A stretch of 64,000 bases of DNA, taken from the sequence record NC_070936.1; one strand, 5' to 3'. The first letter of the stretch is position 1. The number at the start of each line of letters is the position of its first letter. The translations under genes and the position numbers were made by a program. The notes under the pieces were generated by a model. That model saw only the letters and a list, made by a program, of their open reading frames with translations. It was not told the DNA's origin and did not search any database. Positions 59,586 through 64,000 of this stretch are shown piece by piece.

Positions 59586-59825
59586 TTATGCTTCTACTGC
59601 TTTCAGATGACGGTCAAGATCTTCGTAACCACCAACATACTGATCGTCAACTACGATCTGCGGAACAGTACGAACTGGACGACCGACGATTTCACCCAAT
59701 TTGGCGCCATCAATACCAGCTTCTACGATATTGATATATTCAACTTCAGCACCTTTGGAATCAGCCAGTGCTTTGGCGCGATCACACCAAGGGCAATTCG
59801 GTTTGCCGTAGATTACAACTTTCAT
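59586..59825 (-). CDS. grx: Glutaredoxin
   Basis: CPWC active site, RTVPQI, VGGYEDL. Confidence 0.95.
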   Translation of the reverse strand: MKVVIYGKPNCPWCDRAKALADSKGAEVEYINIVEAGIDGAKLGEIVGRPVRTVPQIVVDDQYVGGYEDLDRHLKAVEA

Positions 59826-59977
59826 TTATTTTCCTAACTGATTGTAATATGAATAAAACTGAATATCCAAATGAGGAATTCAATAACTCCCCATCCGATA
59901 ACCCCACAGATGAGACCAGCTACTATCAAGGCCCCTGTCCAGGGCCCACTAGAATAAAACATGTGTATCCCTTAAAG

Positions 59978-60054
59978 TGGTCCGCTCTGCTGGGCTCGAA
60001 CCAGCGACCGATTGCTTAGAAGGCAATTGCTCTATCCTACTGAGCTAAGAGCGG
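59978..60054 (-). tRNA. tRNA-Arg(UCU)
   Basis: Canonical cloverleaf, anticodon loop CT-TCT-AA, encoded CCA. Confidence 0.96.
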
Positions 60055-60060
60055 TGAATA

Positions 60061-60148
60061 GCTATCGGGAGTAAGATTCGAACCTACATAGTCTTACGGA
60101 CGTATCCGCCTTCGAATTCCCTCACTAAGTTTAAATAGACTATCCCGA
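60061..60148 (-). ncRNA. tRNA-like RNA A (acceptor and T-arm, no proper anticodon arm)
   Basis: TCGGGA/TCCCGA stem, GTAGG-TTCGAAT-CTTAC T-arm, TAGTCT/AGACTA helix, CGGA-TACG-TCCG hairpin; no CCA. Confidence 0.6.
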
Positions 60149-60166
60149 AAAGTGGCACTTATGATA

Positions 60167-60271
60167 GGTCTCGAGGTCAGGACTCTAACCTGACTACTGC
60201 GATGATGTCCAGTGGTAGAAACTAATCATCCACCATCACATCACTGCGATGTCTTCAACGACATCCTCGAA
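60167..60271 (-). ncRNA. tRNA-like RNA B with elongated central arm
   Basis: TTCGAGG/CCTCGAG acceptor then ACC; TGTC-GTTGAA-GACA D-like arm; ~50-nt central arm; TCAGG-TTAGAGT-CCTGA T-arm. Confidence 0.6.
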
Positions 60272-60374
60272 GTTGGAATTACACACCGAGTAACCGATAG
60301 GTGGGAAGTGGATCCCAGGTATGCGTTTTAGGCCCTGGCCTGTTGTACCCCGGTTGCACTCAGCATGTAATAGT

Positions 60375-60448
60375 TGGCTGGGGTAGTTGGGATTGAACCA
60401 ACGTCCAGGGATTAACAGTCCCCCGCTAAACCACTCAGCTATACCCCA
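60375..60448 (-). tRNA. tRNA-Asn(GUU)
   Basis: TGGGGTATAGCTGAGTGGTTTAGCGGGGGACTGTTAATCCCTGGACGTTGGTTCAATCCCAACTACCCCAGCCA; starts at the base after the HNH stop codon. Confidence 0.93.
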
Positions 60449-60916
60449 TTAAACTTTTGGCTCTATTCCTTGTTTAATACAGTTGTTGCGATATCCATCC
60501 AAATCGAATATCCCATCAACCATATTCTTCATTAGGGTTTTCATCCCCAATCCAGTTCCCTTTGCTGCCTTTCTTGCAGAAGAATAAACTACATTACCCA
60601 CGGTCCAACCATTTGGTCTAGACATCTTAACATGATTGCTCCTATGAACCTTTTCGGAATCTTTCCAATTATCCTTATGGGTTCCTATGGCAATATGTAA
60701 AGGAGAACAACATAATCTATTCCCGCACAAGTGCCTGACAACTGTATTTGGTTTTAGAGTTCCATAAATGTGGGTTGCTACTAATCGATGTGTCGTCCAG
60801 TGTTCACCATCAATAGTTATTTGACCATAACCTTCCCTAGTGCTTTTGGTCCAATTCCAGCAGCCGGTATCGGAATCAAATTTTACATTAGTAAAAACCA
60901 ATTTAACTTTTGACAT
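60449..60916 (-). CDS. Free-standing HNH homing endonuclease (155 aa; start reassigned from 61054)
   Basis: GCWNWT..GYGQI..HRLV...VRHLCGNRLCCSPLHI..GTHKDN (HNH_3 pattern); C-terminal YSSARKAAK helix-turn-helix-like DNA-binding segment. Confidence 0.9.
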   Translation of the reverse strand: MSKVKLVFTNVKFDSDTGCWNWTKSTREGYGQITIDGEHWTTHRLVATHIYGTLKPNTVVRHLCGNRLCCSPLHIAIGTHKDNWKDSEKVHRSNHVKMSRPNGWTVGNVVYSSARKAAKGTGLGMKTLMKNMVDGIFDLDGYRNNCIKQGIEPKV

Positions 60917-60951
60917 ATTAATTCCCGTTCTACCGACTGAACTACATGAGC
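60911..60951 (-). pseudogene. 5' remnant of an enterobacterial-type tRNA-Asn
   Basis: GCTCATGTAGTTCAGTCGGTAGAACGGGAATTAATATGTCA: intact D-arm GTTC-AGTCGGTA-GAAC; collapsed anticodon arm; the ATGTCA variable-loop sequence supplies the HNH start codon. Confidence 0.75.
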
Positions 60952-61615
60952 TTGGGCGGGAGTCACTAGCTCCCAGGTCAGACAATGTCCAACTGTAACT
61001 CGGTTTGATTACCTCACGGCAACCCTGCTCTGGCATCACATGGGTCTCACCCATTATCCCCCAGACTTGGCCTACGATGGCTCCTTTGGCGCACCCAACC
61101 CGAAACGCTCGCTCAAAGACTTATCGTAATAAAGCTTTAAGCAAGAGTTTAACCCACTTGACATCTAAGTCAGCACTGATTCTTACTTGCAATTCAACAA
61201 TCAGTTTCGGTTTACCTGACACCTTGGTCAATGTATCACCCGGTTTGTATCTATCACTTTTGGAAGGGCAGTGGGTTATTTGGTTTTGTCTGCGATAGCT
61301 TGGACCCTGCTCATCTGGATCTCTTCTCCGTGAGGACTGAAAGCACTATTCAAGACTAACGCTTAGTATAACGAAGTATATCTAAGATTCCGAACTTAAT
61401 CGGTAGTTGTTGAGTATCGTAGAGGGACTCGTTTCCAAATTGTGGTCCTACCATTATACAACACTAGTTAGGCTGGAACATGTAATCGCTAGTGAAGTTC
61501 CTATTCGCTGCAACGCGGGCCTAGGAAGGGAATTGGCGAACCGGCTGATCGAGGCGAATGACCATGGCTTAATCATTTCTTTTAGTGTCAACCAGTTCTT
61601 GTTCTTAACAGAGTA
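60952..61615 (-). ncRNA. Large structured ncRNA block 2 (~660 nt), class unassigned
   Basis: No credible ORF. Helices 61151-58/61270-77, 61176-81/61199-204, 61362-61386, 61462-67/61489-94; GNRA-capped hairpin 61008-61023 on the minus strand. Confidence 0.65.
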
Positions 61616-61627
61616 TAGTAAGTTCTG

Positions 61628-61849
61628 TTAATTAAATAATTTTGGTGGTGATATGATATTGGGGCGAGGTCTATAAGTCATCATGCACTTATCTATTCCT
61701 TCCTCTCCCTTTTCATTCCATATCTTAATGATTTCCTTTTCATCCAAGTACTTGCTTAAGAACTTGATCTTCCTTAGAACCCTGTCTGTCCATAGATTGG
61801 ATTTGTTCTTAGCACCCCACCACGATCTGAAGCTAATCTTCACACTCAT
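61628..61849 (-). CDS. Small basic hypothetical protein (73 aa)
   Basis: Start overlaps the end of the Tad2-like gene; phage-like composition. Confidence 0.55.
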   Translation of the reverse strand: MSVKISFRSWWGAKNKSNLWTDRVLRKIKFLSKYLDEKEIIKIWNEKGEEGIDKCMMTYRPRPNIISPPKLFN

Positions 61850-62072
61850 CCCACAGCTTCCAGTCTTCTGCTAAGAGATCAGATACTGAAGGAACCCAGG
61901 TATTGGTGATGAGTCTAACACTATCAACAATAATGAAGAAAGGTTTGATCCCAGGCACATTGTGAATACTCACGTAAAGACCTTTACCGTTCCAACCATT
62001 ACGTTGGTATTTCTTCCCTTCCTTTAGTCCTTCCAGAACTTCTGAGAAAGTAAGTAATTTAACTTTAGTCAT
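61833..62072 (-). CDS. tad2: Tad2/DUF2829-like anti-defence (signal sponge) protein, 79 aa; start reassigned from 62183
   Basis: TFSEVLEGLKEGKKYQRNGWNGKG and WVPSVSDLLAEDW are the DUF2829 signature motifs; RBS AAAGGA 6 nt upstream. Confidence 0.8.
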   Translation of the reverse strand: MTKVKLLTFSEVLEGLKEGKKYQRNGWNGKGLYVSIHNVPGIKPFFIIVDSVRLITNTWVPSVSDLLAEDWKLWDECED

Positions 62073-62085
62073 ATTCATTCCTTTA

Positions 62086-62797
62086 GGAAAAAGGCCCCAC
62101 ACCAAATACAAGGGCATGGGGCAAAGGGAAGTCCAATGGAACACATTAACCATTGGACCAAGCAGTAACCAGCTGGCGGTCACGCTTTTAATGTGGACTT
62201 GTTAGATCACATTAAAAGTGCCAGAGATTCATTTCTCTGGCTGCTCAAAATAAGCTTAAAGCGTTTGATTTTGGAGAAGTTGAGGCGTCAACTTCCATAT
62301 GTGTATTTCAGAAAACAAACATATGGAAGTAGGGTCTTTCGACCCTTCCAACCTCACTGAAGACTTCCTTGCCTTCCCTAGGAATACTATTTCTAATACT
62401 CTTAGGGAAAGCAAATGCATACCAGGAAAAGTAGTATGCACTCACCTTCTTACCTATTGTGAAGATATCAAAGCCGCGGAGCACGATCCCTTCTTTATAT
62501 TCACTCTTTCTAATTGAATGAATTATAAAGAAAGGGGGAAGGGCAGACTTCCCACCTTTGGTACAGGAGTGATGAACAATGGCCACAAAAACCCGGCAAT
62601 GAGCATTAGTGGTAGAAGCACGATGGCAGTTCGTGATTCTTTAAATGGACTTATTCTAATTAAGATCACTTAAAGAATCAGAGATATTAATCGTGACATA
62701 ATATCTCTGGCCTGTGTATTTAATCACAGCAAACGTGTTATGAGCAATGCAACTTGAACAACAAAAAGAGAAGTGGAAGAAGTTCACTTTTTGTTAC
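62086..62797 (-). ncRNA. Large structured ncRNA or leader, block 3 (~710 nt), class unassigned
   Basis: Almost continuous long helices (62131-39/62150-58, 62185-95/62208-18, 62291-302/62319-30, 62635-44/62670-79, 62679-88/62700-09); GAAA tetraloop on the minus strand (62331-46); ends in GCCCCA/TGGGGC-CTTTTT. Confidence 0.7.
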
Positions 62798-62822
62798 ATA
62801 ATATAAATAAGTTCCATTATTA

Positions 62823-62845
62823 AATAAATAGATATTATTAGATTG
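62823..62845 (+). promoter_or_regulatory. Early-type phage promoter motif (partial)
   Basis: AATA-AATAG-ATATTATT-AGAT-TG. Confidence 0.5.
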
Positions 62846-62892
62846 AATATACGTTGATATTAATTCTAACTTTAAGTATAGAGGAACTTATT

Positions 62893-63507
62893 ATGCATAT
62901 CCCAGAAACTGAACTCACTCGTCTGCGTAAAATCATCATCAACACCCTGACTGAGAAGTTTCATGTGAATCAAGTGACCGTAGAACAGGTCGACACTTCT
63001 AAGTTATATGAAGGTCATATTTGGGAGTCTGAAGTTTACGCTTTTGAGTTTATCATTAACGGTACTGATCGTTATATTACTTTTTGTACTCTGCGTTATG
63101 GGCGGACAATGTTTACCAGAGCTAAGCAGGGCATCTGTCCATCACTAGCTAAATTAATTAGACCGCATGACTTTGGGCTAATGGCTACTGGCGATTATTT
63201 AAATCGTAATGATGTGATAGGTAAGTTCATCGAGTGTCAGATAAACTTGAAAGCCCATCAACACCTACAGAGTTATTTTGCAGGTCATGCTGCCATTACC
63301 AATAAAGAATACGATGTCGCCATCGGCTACGACATTACTCGTCGACACAAAACCACAATGACCTTTGACTGTATTTTTGAAATCCTAGTCAAAGAGAAGA
63401 ATACCATTGACTTCACCAAGTATTCTGGAATGATGATCAATGGCTCCCTCACCATGTTGAATGATGTCAATGGTAAGAGTGTTAATATCAGGGACATCTT
63501 CATCTAA
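62893..63507 (+). CDS. Hypothetical protein (204 aa; start reassigned from 62854)
   Basis: ATG at 62893 behind RBS GAGGA. Confidence 0.8.
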   Translation: MHIPETELTRLRKIIINTLTEKFHVNQVTVEQVDTSKLYEGHIWESEVYAFEFIINGTDRYITFCTLRYGRTMFTRAKQGICPSLAKLIRPHDFGLMATGDYLNRNDVIGKFIECQINLKAHQHLQSYFAGHAAITNKEYDVAIGYDITRRHKTTMTFDCIFEILVKEKNTIDFTKYSGMMINGSLTMLNDVNGKSVNIRDIFI

Positions 63508-63521
63508 CAAAAAGGTAAGGT

Positions 63522-63878
63522 ATGAATATATACACTACCATCTTACTTGTCCTATCAATAGGACCGATTAGCGCTCTCCTGATTCGATACCTGTGGGTTC
63601 GATATGAGAGAAAACTAAACAACAACATGAGCAGCGATCATATTGATTGCGATTTCAACAAACAGAAGGAATATCCTATGGCCCGTAAAACGCCTAAACA
63701 AGCTAAGAAAGTTAAAATGAACGAACAGTCTATCAGTCGTCGCGAGATGATTCACTTGGACTATCTTAATGTCTATAACGAAGTGTTGAAGCATGAAGAA
63801 GTGCTCGACCTTGATATTGACATCATCCTGGAAGCTACTAAGACTGTGTTCAGTAATGAGCGTCCTTGTCTAAACTAG
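63522..63878 (+). CDS. Hypothetical membrane-anchored protein, with possible internal start at 63678
   Basis: N-terminal TM helix; RBS AAGG; second in-frame ATG behind AAGGA. Confidence 0.65.
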   Translation: MNIYTTILLVLSIGPISALLIRYLWVRYERKLNNNMSSDHIDCDFNKQKEYPMARKTPKQAKKVKMNEQSISRREMIHLDYLNVYNEVLKHEEVLDLDIDIILEATKTVFSNERPCLN

Positions 63879-64000
63879 CATCATCTCCAACTCCGGAAGA
63901 GCTGGAAGCCCTGGTTGAGAAAGTTCTCGTACACCTGGACGGTTTGAAACTCATTTCCAAAGAAGTCCATAGTTTGCTTCAAAAATAATCAACACCATAA

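Noticed and set aside
60945-60975. tmRNA-like 3' words (ACTCCCGCC..AGCTC)
   Set aside because: No matching 5' acceptor strand, no CCA, no tag reading frame recognisable.
60917-61054. 46-aa N-terminal extension of the HNH ORF
   Set aside because: It runs through the tRNA remnant and structured block 2; the HNH domain starts right after ATG 60916.
60449-61615. Group I/II intron carrying the HNH inside a tRNA
   Set aside because: No P7 (GACUA/UAGUC) or domain V consensus found, and no matching 3' tRNA half downstream; the following tRNA-Asn is complete on its own.
62073-62586. Longer Tad2 start (62183) and ORFs 62256-62441, 62299-62517 and 62308-62586
   Set aside because: They lie in the inverted-repeat block; a good RBS exists only for ATG 62072.
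62125-62600. RNase P-like words (GGGAAGTCC ... ACAAAAACCCGGC) on the + strand
   Set aside because: The P4 pseudoknot cannot form because GTCCAATGG pairs locally; the tetraloop and terminator polarity favour the minus strand.
63866-63988. 40-aa TTG-start ORF at the window end
   Set aside because: Weak RBS and short length; plausible but not supportable from sequence alone.
1-64000. CRISPR array, rRNA, transposase, stop-codon recoding
   Set aside because: No regularly spaced repeats, rRNA signatures, transposase ORFs or suppressor tRNAs; core genes are uninterrupted in the standard code.

Overview
A 64-kb segment of a phiKZ/SPN3US-type jumbo myophage genome (Chimalliviridae-like), read in the standard genetic code. 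An enterobacterial host is inferred from tRNA sequence similarity. Bases 1-58.4 kb are mostly the conserved core: four virion RNA polymerase fragments (beta-N, beta-C, beta'-N with DFDGD, probable beta'-C), prohead protease, tape-measure/tail lysin with a GH19-like domain, tail sheath and tube, baseplate/head proteins, terminase large subunit with a class-3 (Ala1, WCT) LAGLIDADG intein, UvsX/RecA, SNF2 helicase, an RNase H-family protein that seems to lack its catalytic acids, endolysin and dTMP kinase. An early accessory island (34.8-43.1 kb) holds tandem paralog families, exported two-cysteine proteins and an HD hydrolase behind a shared 23-bp promoter motif. The most unusual part is 58.5-62.8 kb: a minus-strand, RNA-dominated locus with three large structured non-coding blocks (~940, ~660, ~710 nt), a complete type-I hammerhead ribozyme inside the distal block, three tRNAs, two tRNA-like RNAs, an HNH endonuclease gene starting inside a broken tRNA-Asn and followed directly by a replacement tRNA-Asn, a glutaredoxin and a Tad2/DUF2829-like anti-defence protein. 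All family assignments come from motif recognition by eye; no database searches or folding programs were run.
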